From the NCBI GenBank assembly GCA_963784845.1, contig CAWASN010000007.1:532979-596978 (forward strand): a DNA stretch of 64,000 bases. The letters are read 5' to 3'. Shown in pieces: positions 37,771 through 47,904 of the stretch. Made by a program: the position numbers and the translations under genes. A model generated the notes under the pieces. That model was not told the DNA's origin, did not search any database, and was given only the letters and a program-made list of their open reading frames with translations. Every line of letters starts with the position of its first letter. Position 1 is the stretch's first letter. Source of the DNA: an uncultured Actinomycetes bacterium (GTDB taxonomy: Bacteria; Actinomycetota; Acidimicrobiia; IMCC26256; PALSA-610).

Positions 37771-40419
37771 TCACTCGACGGTGGGGGATCCCAGCAGTCG
37801 CGACGCCAACGCGTGGCGCGTCGAGATGCCGAGTCGGCGAAACGCCGCGTCGAGGTGGCTTTCCACCGTGCGGATGCTGATCCCGAGCTCGTCGGCGATC
37901 TCGCGGTTCGAACGCCCGGTCGCCGCCAGGCGCGCGACGTGCTGTTGACGCCTCGTCAGTCCCATGCCGGTTGCGATCGAGCGGATCGCAGGAGTGTCCA
38001 GACCTCCCACCGCTCGCTGTTCTGCGAGCACAGATGTCGTGAGCTGCCGGGCCAACTCGTCGGCACCGCAGTGCTCGGCGCGCCGCGATGCCTGAGCGAA
38101 CGCGTCTGCGGCCTGCGCGTGGGCTCCGATCCGCACGAAGGCTTCCGCCGCACTCGACATGCCGGCCGCGTCGCCGTCCAGCAGGGCTCGGGCATGGTCG
38201 CGGGCAGCCGAGGCAAACGTGCCGCCGACGCACGGTGCAGTCTCGAGCAGCCGGCACGCGGCCGCGTGGTCTCCGGTCCGTACCCCGGCGTGGTGTACGT
38301 GGACCGCGACCAGCGGCTGGCCCTGTGCGTCGGCCAGCGCCGCGGCGTCCTGGCGGAGGCGCCTCGCAGCCTTGCGGTCGCCGAGCGCGGTGCGCGCCCA
38401 AGCCTCGGAGAGCATCTGCTCGGGACGGAAGACTTCGAGAACCGCGGTTTCGGCGCGCTTCGGCGGCAGCCAACTGTGCAGTCGCGGCCACAGGATCACC
38501 GGTCAGCGCGTAGGCTTCGGCGAGGCGCGTGTCCGCGGTGACGGCGAGCCCGCCGAAATCGACCGCGTCCAACGCGGCCGCGGCGTCGCGGAACCCCGGC
38601 ACGGCCCGGCGCGCCCGGCCCTCGGCCAAGACGCACTCCGCGTCGATCAGGAAGATCAGGCCCGCGTTGGAGGATCCGGTGGCGCCGAGCGCTGCCCGGC
38701 GAAGGCCGTCGATCGCGTCGTGGGCGCCTTCCAGGTCTCCGGAGAGCCGGCGCAGCCACACTTCGAGCACCGAGAGGAGTAGCTCGTAGTTGAAGTCGGT
38801 GAGGCGACGCAGGCTTGTCTCGACGCGGCGCCGCGCCGCGAGCGCCCGCTCGACGTGTCCTTGCCCTCCCAGGCCGATCATGACCGCGCCCGTTGCCCAA
38901 CAGCGGGTCTCGTCGCTCGACTCCTCGCTCGCGAGCACGGCGAGGGCGGACTCGACGACGGCGGGACCCTCGCCGCCGGCTGCGGCCATCGCGGCCCGGC
39001 GCGCCTCGTCGGCGAGACGCGCGTCTGTCGAGAGGCCACTGATGTCGGCCGTCGCCGGCTTCGCAGTCTCGGCGGGACGATCTCCGGTCATCCACCACAA
39101 CATCCGTGTCCACCGGAGAGCGAAATACTCGCGTTCCTCGGTGGTCAATCCCGTCCCGAGCGATTGCGCGACCTCACGTGCCTCGTCGATGCGGCCCTGC
39201 CAGAGCAACGCGTCGACGAGATAGTCGAGCGCCGTGAAGCCTGCACCGAGCTGGACGGCCGCGCGGGCGAACCGTTCGGCCAGCGCGTAATCGGGCCGCG
39301 CCTGGCGCGATGCCTCGGCGAAGGCGGCCGCATCGTCCGGCTCCCGCCGTCCGGTCTCGAGGCGGATCAACGCGCGCTTGAGGCGGTCGACGCTCCGCCG
39401 TTCCGGGACCTGCGACAAGACCGCGGCGAGTCGTTCGAGCGTTTCGACAGTGCGAACACGGCCGAGTCCACCCCGTACGACCTCGGCGTAGAGCGGGTGC
39501 GCGATGCGCACCTCCGTTCGGTTCCCTGCCCGTTCCACGACCACGAGGCCGAGGGCCTCGGCCTCGGCCACGGCGCTCGGGCTCGCCGCCGCCTCGAGCT
39601 CGTTGAGCCCCAGAGGCTCCGCCAGAGCGAGGATCTCGAGAGTCCCGCGTGCGGCCTGGGACGCGTCCGCGAGGTGCTCGGCTACCAGCTCGTGCAAACG
39701 AACGTTGTGCGGGAGGTCGCCGCGCCACGACCAAACCCCACCACGATCGGCGAGGCGTGCCGACGTCACACCGCTGTCGACGAGCTCGCGCAGGACGAAG
39801 GCGTTGCCGCCGGACAGTGCGGCGAGCCGGGCGGCCGTGGTGCGCTCGACCGGCGCGCCCAGCCAGGACGTCAACAGGGAAGCGACGGCATCGTCGTCGA
39901 GCGGTTCGACGGGCACGACATCGAGCGCGCCGTGTTTGACGAGCGCCGCGATCGCGGGCGGAGGTACCGCGTCGTTGCGTGTCACGATCACGAGCGCGAC
40001 GCCGGTGGACGCGAGCGCGAGCTGGTGCACGATCGTCGCGGACGCGTGATCGAGCATGTGTGCGTCGTCGACGACGACGAGTGTCGTCCGCGCCGTCGGT
40101 GAGCGCGTCCAAGAAGCGCCGTCCCGAGCCGACGAAGTCGTCGGGATCGAGGTTGCCGACGAGGCCCACCAGCGCGCCGAAGAGGAACCGGCGACTCGAC
40201 TCGCTCGCTCCCGCCCAGGCGACGCGCCCACCGGCCTGTTCGACCCTGGACGCGAGCTCGCCGGCGAGGCGCGGTCTTGCCGACCCCCGCGCCACCGGTG
40301 ATCACCGCACCGGCTCCCCCCGGTGCCCGGCACGCCCCGACCAGCCGGCCGAGCTCGGTCTCGCGGCCGCTGAACCGTTCTCCCGGTCCGTTGACGGGTC
40401 GCTCGACAGGTCGGGGCAT
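37771..40419 (-). pseudogene. large ATP-binding LuxR-family regulator (LAL/MalT-like: AAA + TPR-like + HTH); at least 3 frame disruptions
   Basis: ATG 40419 MPRPVERP..RETELGRLV..VITGGAGVGKT (Walker A), and LVVVDDAHMLD in the 915 aa ORF. The C-terminal LuxR HTH lies in ORF 37771..38499 ([36 protein letters not shown]). Confidence 0.8.
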
Positions 40420-40592
40420 TGCGGGACTTCCCTCTGTGGGCTCGACGCAACGCAGCACCCGAACCCTGCAGCACTCGAGATTCCGTAGCCCACTACGGAT
40501 GGAAATCTGATTTCCTCCCGGTAGCGTGCCACGTCGGCCGGCGGGGAGACCACGCGGCGTGCGGAGCCGCGGCCGTCACGGACGGGGAGCAC

Positions 40593-42203
40593 ATGATGCG
40601 CAGATCGCGACGCACCGGACGGACGAGCACGTCTCGCCTTCGGCGGCTGCTGAGCGCAGTCGTCGTGCTCGCAACCTCGGGTGCGTTCGTCGTGACGGGA
40701 GCGTCGTCGGCCCACGCGGCCGGTCCCGCGTGCCCGACCTTGCGTGCCGGCGCCTGGAACTGGTTGGGAACCGCGTCGTCGGGCCCGTCGACGGGACCGT
40801 GGGCAGCGAATCTCGACTTCGGCGGCGGTGGGCTCACGGGGACCATGACCATGCTCGCCGGGATCCCCACCGATCTGCCGATCACCGGCAACGTGAGCTG
40901 CAATCAGATCCAGATGGGTGACGTGTTCGCTGCGATCTCGTTCGGCGGGACGATTGCGCCCGACGGATTCACGATGTCGGGAACATGGCAGCTGCAGGGC
41001 GTGAGCGGAACCTACGAAGGTTGGTTCCAGGCCGGTGGTCTCGACGTGTCGGGGTACTGCCAGAGTCTCGGCTTCACCGGCCAAGGTGACACTCCACCGG
41101 CGACCCTGCTGCAAGGAACGACCGTCGGCCCCGGTTTTGCGTTCGGCAACTGGGCGTGCGTGGGTACGGGCGGAACGGTGCCGATCGCGCCGGCAGGCCC
41201 TGCCCCGAGCATGAACGACGCGTGCGTCGCGCAGTACCCGAACTTCACTCCCTACGCGCATCCGACGAGTCCCGACGACGCGTACTCCTGGAACTGCTAC
41301 CCGATCTCCCTGATCACCTCCGTCACCGGCTCACCGTCGACGGTCACGGCCGGCTCCGACGTGCAATACGGAATCGCGGTGCAGAACAACGGGCTCGAAC
41401 CCGTTGCCGACGTTCAGATAGCCGACACGTTGCCTTCCGGAGCGACTCTTGTCTCGGCGAGTGGGCCCGGACCGTGCAACGGCGCGACGACCGTGACCTG
41501 CGACATCGGTACCGTCGCACCGTCGGGATCTGCCTCGGTGACGCTCCTCGTCCAGACCCAGTCGGTCGTGCCTTCCGGGGGCGTCGCCACCGACACCGCG
41601 ACCGCGACGCCGGGCTCGAACAACGTCGCGAGCCTCGACACCGCGATCGTGGCGGCCACCCCGGGATCCGCATCGGGATACGTGCCCCCGGGGGGATCGC
41701 TCGGGACGGGCGGATCGAACCCGGCGCTGCTGACGTTGCCGAATTCGGGCAACGGCGCACCGGTGACATTGACGCAGGCGCCGGGCGCGTCGTTCTGCAA
41801 CGGAGCGTGCACGGGGCCCGGAACCTACATCTCGAACTTCCCCGGGTACTCCGACCCGACGCACCCGATCGAGCTGGACCTCAGCTTCCGGGACCCGAAC
41901 CCGCTCGCCGCGCTCGGGGACTACGCGAGGTCGACGATCTACAAACACTTCGACTACGACCCGCCCGCGGTCGGGCACGTGGTTCCCGACTGTGCCGACG
42001 ACCCGGCGTGGACGACAGCACAGAAGCGAGCCGCGGCGATCCGGCGTGCGTGGCGCATCGGAACGGAGAGCGGGATCGCGAACCCCGCGCCGTGCGTGAA
42101 CCGCCGAAGCATCACGCGCCTCACCGCGAACCCCGCGGGGCCGTATCTGGTCACGTTCGAGATCCTGTACTTGTCCGACGACGGTGGATTCTCCCGGCGC
42201 TAG
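40593..42203 (+). CDS. secreted protein with DUF11 (conserved repeat) domain
   Basis: Signal peptide MMRRSRRTGRTSTSRLRRLLSAVVVLATSGAFVVTGASSAHA. DUF11-like segment: VTAGSDVQYGIAVQNNGLEPVADVQIADTLPSGATLVSASG...CDIGTVAPSGSASVTLLV. Intact. Confidence 0.75.
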   Translation: MMRRSRRTGRTSTSRLRRLLSAVVVLATSGAFVVTGASSAHAAGPACPTLRAGAWNWLGTASSGPSTGPWAANLDFGGGGLTGTMTMLAGIPTDLPITGNVSCNQIQMGDVFAAISFGGTIAPDGFTMSGTWQLQGVSGTYEGWFQAGGLDVSGYCQSLGFTGQGDTPPATLLQGTTVGPGFAFGNWACVGTGGTVPIAPAGPAPSMNDACVAQYPNFTPYAHPTSPDDAYSWNCYPISLITSVTGSPSTVTAGSDVQYGIAVQNNGLEPVADVQIADTLPSGATLVSASGPGPCNGATTVTCDIGTVAPSGSASVTLLVQTQSVVPSGGVATDTATATPGSNNVASLDTAIVAATPGSASGYVPPGGSLGTGGSNPALLTLPNSGNGAPVTLTQAPGASFCNGACTGPGTYISNFPGYSDPTHPIELDLSFRDPNPLAALGDYARSTIYKHFDYDPPAVGHVVPDCADDPAWTTAQKRAAAIRRAWRIGTESGIANPAPCVNRRSITRLTANPAGPYLVTFEILYLSDDGGFSRR

Positions 42204-42272
42204 CTCGGACCGAGGCGCCGAGTGTCGTCAGTTGCCCGGGCTCACGTGAGCGACCGGCGCCGGGCTTTGCGT

Positions 42273-42854
42273 TCACCCCGGCAGCAGGAGCTTCGCGTAG
42301 TCCTCGCGCACGACCGAGCCGGAGACCAGCAGACCGTTGCCCCGGGGGACGTCGACGGGTTTGCCGTCGAGCGTGAACTCGGCTTGCCCGACGCCGGGCC
42401 GCGCCGTCACCGTGAGCACGAGCTGGCCGAGCGCGAGTATCTGGTCGCTCGGCGGCAACGCTTCGAAGGTGGGTGTGAGATCGATGCGGACGCGGCCGCG
42501 TGTCAGCGTGACGCTTCGTACCAGGTCTTCGGTCGACAGCGCCGTCCGGAGGCCGGTCGCATTCGTCGCGGGTGGACCGCTGACGAGCGTGTCGACGACC
42601 GCCTTCAGCGCGGCCGGTGCGGTTACCTCCGAGGTCACCTGGACGAGGTGCTTGTCCCGCACGAAGTAGAGGCGTACGGGTTCCGAGGCGATTCCGACCG
42701 TGGTGGTCGTCGTCGGCGTCCGGTCCGGTACGAGCCCGCCCGGTAGCGCGTCGTCGGCGATCTGGCGGGCATTGCCCTGGCCGCTGACGCCACACGATGT
42801 CGAGAGTGCGGCGATCGCGATCGCCGCCGCGAGCCGGTGCGTACGCGTGCTCAT
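42273..42854 (-). CDS. GerMN-domain lipoprotein (short LpqB-like partner of the two-component system)
   Basis: Lipobox AIAALSTSC. LYFVRDKHLVQVT...ALKAVVDTLVSGP...VRIDLT. ATG 42854 overlaps the kinase stop (ATGA). Confidence 0.7.
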   Translation of the reverse strand: MSTRTHRLAAAIAIAALSTSCGVSGQGNARQIADDALPGGLVPDRTPTTTTTVGIASEPVRLYFVRDKHLVQVTSEVTAPAALKAVVDTLVSGPPATNATGLRTALSTEDLVRSVTLTRGRVRIDLTPTFEALPPSDQILALGQLVLTVTARPGVGQAEFTLDGKPVDVPRGNGLLVSGSVVREDYAKLLLPG

Positions 42855-44210
42855 GGTTCGCTCACCTCCACGACGAAGCGCGCGCCCCCTCCGCCTCGAT
42901 CTTCGACCCACACACGCCCGCCGTGGACCCGGCAGTGCTCCTCCACGAGCGCCAAGCCCAGTCCGCTGCCTCGTTCGGATTGCTCGGCGCTTCCCGAGCC
43001 TCGGGCGAACCGAGCGAAGACGGTGGACCGTTCCTCGACAGGTATCCCGGGGCCGGCATCTTCGACCGCGATGCGCAGACCGTGACCATCCGTGCCCGCC
43101 AGCTCGACGCGGACGGGTCCTCCGGCATAGCGATCCGCATTCTCGACGAGATTGGCGATGATCCGTTCCACGCGTCGTTTGTCGAGGCGCATCGTCGCGG
43201 GCGTCGAAGGCATCACGTCGATCGCGACGTCGTCGTGCCCGAGGCGACGCATCACCGAGGTAACGAGCTCGGGTGGTCCCACGGCTTCTGCGGCCGCGTC
43301 GCCCGCACCCGCGTCCATGCGCGATATCTCGAGAAGGTCGAGCACCAGCTGTTGGAAATAGCGCACCTCCGAACGCAGCACGTCGATGGCCGGACGCGTC
43401 CGGTCGTCGGCGCGAACGTTCGAGCACGTCGATCGCGGCCGAGATCGCGGTCAACGGCGTGCGCAATTCGTGGGTGACGTCGGACGCGAACCGGACTTCT
43501 TGCTCGATGCGGCGCTGCAAGGCTTCGGCCATTCCGTTGAACGACGCCGCGAGCGGAGCGAGGTCGGCGTCGCCGTGGGCGTCGAGCCGGGTGCCGAGAC
43601 GCCCACGCGTGATCTCGGCGGCCGCGATCGAGAAGAACCCCACCGGTCTGAGGACCCGGCGGCTCGCGTAACCACCGACGGCGGCCCCGAGCACGGTCGT
43701 GGCACATGCCGCCGCGAACAACGACCAAGCGAGTGTCGAGAGCGTGCGTTCGAGCTCGGCGAACGAGAACACCTCGAAGTACGCGCGATCGGTCGCCCCG
43801 AGCGGAACGCCGACGACCTGCACCGGCTTTCCGTTGATGTGCGTACGTTGGCGGGCCGCGTGCCCGTCCGCGGTCATGCGCAGGAGCGAGCTGGGCAAGT
43901 CCTCGTGCCCGATCGCGACCGACGATGCGTACCACTGACCCCCGACCCTCACGATCGGTTGATCGCCGCTGCTCGCCGTCAGTGACGTCAGGATCGTGGG
44001 GACGTCCTGCGTCTTGGAGCGCAGCGCGTCGCTCACCGCGCGAGCGTTGACGAGCGCCTGGCGCAGCGCGAGAGACTGGCGCTGGTTGATGAGGTACGAC
44101 CGCGTGAGCTGATAGGTCAACAAGGACAGGCTCGCCGAGAGCAGGAGCGCCAGCACCGCGAAGGCCACCGCCCCTCGTGCGCGCAATCCCAGTCGGCGCG
44201 GCTCAGCCAT
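42851..44210 (-). pseudogene. sensor histidine kinase (MtrB-like: TM-sensor-TM-HAMP-HisKA-HATPase); frameshift near 43400
   Basis: H-box FASDVTHELRTPLTAI in the 760 aa ORF frame. N/G boxes IIANLVENADRYA, VEDAGPGIP and GSGLGLALV lie in ORF 42851..43381. Confidence 0.85.
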
Positions 44211-44919
44211 TGGGTTCCTCGCGGTCGGGGGGTCGTTCGAGCCGGTACCCGAGGCCGCGCACGGTGCAGAGCCAGCGCGGGTTCGCGGGGTCGTCCTCGA
44301 TCTTGGTGCGGAGGCGGCGCACATGAGCATCCACGAGGCGGCTGTCGCCGAGGTAGTCGTAACCCCAGACGCTCGCGAGCAGTTGCTCGCGCGACAGCAC
44401 GAGGCCTTCGTTCTGTGTGAACTCACACAGAAGCCGGAACTCGGTCTTGGTGAGATGCACCGTCTCGCCGGCGCGCCGGACGATTCCTTCACGCGGTCGA
44501 ACCTCGACGTTGTCGAAGACGTGCACGTCCCCGGCGGAAGGCAGCGCCATCGCACGCCGCAGCGCGGCCCGTATCCGCGCCGCGAGCTCCTTGCCCACGA
44601 AGGGTTTGGTCACGTAGTCGTCGGCACCGGCTTCGAGTCCCGCGACGACGTCGTGACTGTCGACCTGCGCTGTCACGATGATGATGGGGACGTCGCTGCT
44701 CTGGCGGATCCGGCGACAGACCTCGAGCCCGTGCATCCCGGGCAGGCGGAGGTCGACGAGGACCAGGTCGGGTTCGTCGGTGACCATCGCGGCGAGGCCG
44801 GTCTCGCCGTCGACGGCCTCGACGACCTCGAAGCCCTCGTCCTCGAGCATGAGGCGGAGCATCTGGCGAACCGGGCGTTCGTCTTCGACGACGAGGAGGC
44901 GCTGGGCCACGGCGTCCAT
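44203..44919 (-). CDS. OmpR/PhoB-type response regulator (MtrA-like)
   Basis: MDAVAQRLLVVEDERPV..DLVLVDLRLPGMHG..ADDYVTKPF. Winged helix: LTKTEFRLLCEF..VRRLRTKIE..TVRGLGYRL. The stop overlaps the kinase start. Confidence 0.9.
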   Translation of the reverse strand: MDAVAQRLLVVEDERPVRQMLRLMLEDEGFEVVEAVDGETGLAAMVTDEPDLVLVDLRLPGMHGLEVCRRIRQSSDVPIIIVTAQVDSHDVVAGLEAGADDYVTKPFVGKELAARIRAALRRAMALPSAGDVHVFDNVEVRPREGIVRRAGETVHLTKTEFRLLCEFTQNEGLVLSREQLLASVWGYDYLGDSRLVDAHVRRLRTKIEDDPANPRWLCTVRGLGYRLERPPDREEPNG

Positions 44920-45041
44920 GATGGCCGACGCGCACCCCACCCCCGCCCGGATCCGCCTCCCAGCCCGAGACGGGGCCGATTGTCGCGGAACCGCAACATT
45001 CCGAGCGCGGAGCCGTCGCACGGGCTTGCGAAGGTACAACC

Positions 45042-45764
45042 ATGCAGTTCGCCACCGAAGTCATCGTGCCGGCACCGCTCGAGAACGTGCGGCACGTGCT
45101 CACGACCGAGTCGGAGTTCGCGTTGTGGAATTCCGCCACGCGCGAGCGGGACGGCGACGTGTACTGGGACGTGCCGCTCGCGTTCGGCGCCCGCCGGAGC
45201 ATGCCCGCTTTCGTCAGCGGCAACGGCACCGCGGCCGTGATCCGAGTCGGCCGCAACGCCTCCCTGACCGTGGAGCATCGCGCCTCGATGGACCGCACGG
45301 GAGCGCATGCGACGCGACTGCTTATGTCGACTCGAACGAGCGGCGTCCTGGCGGCTTTCGTCGATCGCACGGCGCTTCGGACGGCGGTGCATTCCCTGGG
45401 GATCGAGCTGGCCACCCGTGCCCGCTGGCTCGAGCAGTCTCCCGACACCCAGTTTCCCGGACGGTTCGCGCGCTCAGGTGCCGGGCGCGAATCCCGATCG
45501 GCCCCTCTCGAGCAACTGCAAGGCGTCGCTCGAGAGCTCGAGGGGGGCATCTTCTGCGTCGATTGCGGCGCCACGCGCTGCTTGATCGACGCCGCCAGTC
45601 ACCGCTTCGTGAGGGTCGCGCCCGACGCCGACATCGCGCGGACGATCTCGTACGCGCGGTGGGAGCGATTCACGAAGGCCTATGTCGACGGCGACGACCT
45701 CGTCGTGGTGCCGGTCGCGTCGGTCCCGTTGAGAATGCGCCGCGCGATGAGCCCGACGTCGTAG
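45042..45764 (+). CDS. hypothetical protein
   Basis: 240 aa ORF with GAAGG 7 nt upstream of ATG 45042. No family recognised. Confidence 0.5.
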   Translation: MQFATEVIVPAPLENVRHVLTTESEFALWNSATRERDGDVYWDVPLAFGARRSMPAFVSGNGTAAVIRVGRNASLTVEHRASMDRTGAHATRLLMSTRTSGVLAAFVDRTALRTAVHSLGIELATRARWLEQSPDTQFPGRFARSGAGRESRSAPLEQLQGVARELEGGIFCVDCGATRCLIDAASHRFVRVAPDADIARTISYARWERFTKAYVDGDDLVVVPVASVPLRMRRAMSPTS

Positions 45765-45803
45765 CTCCGTGTCCGCGGAGTGCGCGAACAGGAGAGGTCG
45801 AAC

Positions 45804-45998
45804 ATGCCCGACTTAGGTGCACCCGAGTTGCTCATCGTGCTGGTCGTGGCGCTGTTGGTGCTCGGGCCCACTCGACTGCCCAAGGTTGCTCGGTCGTTGG
45901 GTGAAGCGGCCCGGGAGTTCCGCCGCGGCCACGACAACTCCGTCGTGGAGGCCGAGGCGCGCGAGCCCACCACGTCTTCGGTCGCTCCCGACGGCTGA
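45804..45998 (+). CDS. tatA: twin-arginine translocase subunit TatA/E
   Basis: AGGAGAGG precedes ATG 45804. MPDLGAPELLIVLVVALLVLGPTRLPKVARSLGEAAREFRRG. Confidence 0.85.
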   Translation: MPDLGAPELLIVLVVALLVLGPTRLPKVARSLGEAAREFRRGHDNSVVEAEAREPTTSSVAPDG

Positions 45999-46058
45999 GG
46001 CGCGGCGCTCGCAAACCTCGTCGAGGTCTGTTCACGCTCGCCGATCAAGGGCTTCCCG

Positions 46059-46104
46059 GGAGAGCGGGTGACCGGGATCGAACCGGCATGGCCAGCTTGG
46101 AAGG
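46059..46104. repeat. attL: 46 bp copy of the 3' part of tRNA-Gly plus 4 nt
   Basis: ggagagcgggtgaccgggatcgaaccggcatggccagcttggaagg is identical to 53710-53755. It diverges at 46105 (t versus c). Confidence 0.9.
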
Positions 46105-46211
46105 TCGGGCGGCTGCGCCGCCCGACCTTCTTGTGCAGACGTTTGTGCAGGTCAACGCACATATCGGTTGACCGCCCAATACCGCCCGTGCCCACCCGTG
46201 CCCGATAGTTA

Positions 46212-46234
46212 GGGCACGGGGAGGGCACAAACGC
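46212..46234. repeat. 23 bp island-internal direct repeat (candidate integrase arm-type site), partner at 53623-53645
   Basis: gggcacgGggagggcacaaacgc versus gggcacgTggagggcacaaacgc (22/23). Additional GGGCAC/GTGCCC copies lie at 46189-46205. Confidence 0.6.
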
Positions 46235-46490
46235 GCCGCCACTGTTCGGCACCTACGCTTGCGCGAGTTCGGTCGACCCATGTCCTCGGAAGGGAGCTCG
46301 CGCTGGATCCGATCACGGGTGGGCTCCTCGTCTTCCTGGTCGTCTTCGTGGCTTCGCTGGTGCTGATGGCCGGCTTCGGCGTCGCGGTTTGCCGCGGGGT
46401 TCGGAAGGAATAAGGGCTCCGCGAGCGGTAGCCGTGCCGCGGTCGCGCACGACGACCGAAGGCAAGGTCATCCAGGGCGTGCAGACCTCG

Positions 46491-47475
46491 GCCGGTTGCG
46501 CTTAGGGGTCTAGCGGTTAGGGCGTGAGTCGGGGCTCCATCGGTTGCGCCAGTCGATGAGCTTGGCGGTGATGAGGAGCGCGGTGACGAAGCAGAGTTGC
46601 GCGTGTCGGTGTCGTGTTCGGCGGTCGGTGTTGCGGCGGAGTTGCCCGTAGTTCGACAGCCACGAGTTGGTGCCTTCGACGACCCATCGCAGTCCGAGTT
46701 CGAGTGGTCGTCTCTCGGTGGGTCCTTTGGGTTTTCGGTGTTGGATGTTCAGATCGGCGAGTCCGTAGCTGGCGAGATGCCGACGCGTTTTGGGGTAGTC
46801 GTAGCCGCGGTCGAGATGCATGGTGTCGATGTCGGCGAGCAGTCCGGCTCGTGCGACATCGTCAAGGGTTGGGCCGAGAAGGTTGAGCTCGTTGCGGTTG
46901 GCGCCGTCAATCGCCCATCCGATCGGGATGCCGTTGGCGTCGACCGCGATCGACCACTTCCAGCCGAGTTTCGCCCGGTCCGTGGGGTTGATTCCGGTGC
47001 CTTCACCACCGCAGGGCGCTTTGTGCAATGAGCCATCGAGGGCAACTTCGGTGAGGTCCAGGCCGATGATTCGGTCGTAGGCATGGATCGCGTCGACGCG
47101 CAGTTGGTCGAACACGCCGGCCGCGATCCATTCGTCGCGTCGTGATCGCAGCGTGGTGTCGGATACTTGCCGTTCGAGGATCGCTTCGACGCTGACCCAC
47201 GAGCAGCCCGTGACGAGTCGGATCAGGATCCCCCAAAAGCACAGGCGATCCGCGACTCGGGGCCGGTGACAGCCCAACGGATGATGGTCCGGAATCGGTG
47301 GGATCAGCGGTTCGATCGCTGCCCAGACGGCATCTACCACTTCGGGTTCGAGCGCGCGCATGATGACGGGGCCTCCACTGTGTCGTCGTGTTTGGGTCGC
47401 ACTCGGGATCAAACCCGAGCCAACCCGACGACCGGTGGATGGCACCTACTCGCGCGGCCCCTTAGCGCAACCGGC
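46491..47475 (-). mobile_element. IS5-family insertion sequence (DUF4096 + DDE_Tnp_1-like transposase)
   Basis: The transposase ORF is flanked by gccggttgcgcttagggg (46491-46508) and its inverted partner ccccttagcgcaaccggc (47458-47475), matching 17/18. CTTAG occurs at 46501-46505 and 47461-47465. Confidence 0.75.
46510..47361 (-). CDS. IS5 family transposase
   Basis: MRALEPEVVDAVWAAIEPLIPP...CHRPRVADRLCFWGILIRLVTGCSW (DUF4096-like HTH). DDE region: LDGSLHKAPCGGEGTGINPTDRAKLGWKWSIAVDANGIP...MHLDRGYD...VVEGTNSWL. Confidence 0.85.
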   Translation of the reverse strand: MRALEPEVVDAVWAAIEPLIPPIPDHHPLGCHRPRVADRLCFWGILIRLVTGCSWVSVEAILERQVSDTTLRSRRDEWIAAGVFDQLRVDAIHAYDRIIGLDLTEVALDGSLHKAPCGGEGTGINPTDRAKLGWKWSIAVDANGIPIGWAIDGANRNELNLLGPTLDDVARAGLLADIDTMHLDRGYDYPKTRRHLASYGLADLNIQHRKPKGPTERRPLELGLRWVVEGTNSWLSNYGQLRRNTDRRTRHRHAQLCFVTALLITAKLIDWRNRWSPDSRPNR

Positions 47476-47600
47476 ATATCTGTGCCGATCTTGGCGACCG
47501 TTTCGTCGAGCCTGCGTGCATCGTGATGCAACGTGTGTGAACTCGGCTTGACGCGAGGTTTCTCGTCGCGTTTTCGCGACTCGACGCGCCATTCACGGAT

Positions 47601-47867
47601 GTGGACGAGCTCTCGACGTTGTTGGACATCGGTGCGGTGGCGGAACGTCTGTGCGTCACCGAGCGACACGTTCGTAGGTTGGTCGCCGAGCGCCGGATTC
47701 CGTACGTCAAGGTCGGCCGCTTCGTGCGCTTCGATCCCGCCGACGTCGCGGACTGGCTCACCGCGGCTCGCGTACCGCCGTGTTCACTGACGCACCCGCT
47801 GCGTATGATCGACGCGGAGCTCGACTCGGCCCGATCACGCGCCGCTGGCTCCGGATCGCGCCGCTGA
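47601..47867 (+). CDS. xis: excisionase-family (MerR-like HTH) DNA-binding protein
   Basis: LLDIGAVAERLCVTERHVRRLVAERRIPYVKVGRFVRFDPADVADWL. It lies immediately upstream of the integrase. Confidence 0.8.
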   Translation: MDELSTLLDIGAVAERLCVTERHVRRLVAERRIPYVKVGRFVRFDPADVADWLTAARVPPCSLTHPLRMIDAELDSARSRAAGSGSRR

Positions 47868-47904
47868 GGCGCCTCGTCACGTCGACCGGCACGGGAGCCG
47901 AACG

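Noticed and set aside
42273-44555. A 760 aa ORF spanning the lipoprotein, the kinase and part of the regulator.
   Set aside because: It is a composite. It contains the GerMN lipoprotein (from ATG 42854), out-of-frame kinase sequence, the kinase N-terminus (from ATG 44210) and out-of-frame regulator sequence. The three genes are resolved individually.
45680-46281. Minus-strand ORFs 45680..46252 and 46045..46281 crossing attL, and the first 70 codons of ORF 52865..53770. They share peptides such as PSKLAMPVRSRSPAL.
   Set aside because: The shared peptides are simply translations of the duplicated tRNA-Gly fragment and the arm repeats. They are not coding.
46303-46413. A 36-codon hydrophobic ORF (LDPITGGLLVFLVVFVASLVLMAGFGVAVCRGVRKE*) with GGAAGGGAG 6 nt upstream, lying just inside attL.
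   Set aside because: Its only possible start is CTG. It is below any reliable length threshold and I cannot assess conservation. It is worth a look if homologous islands are found.
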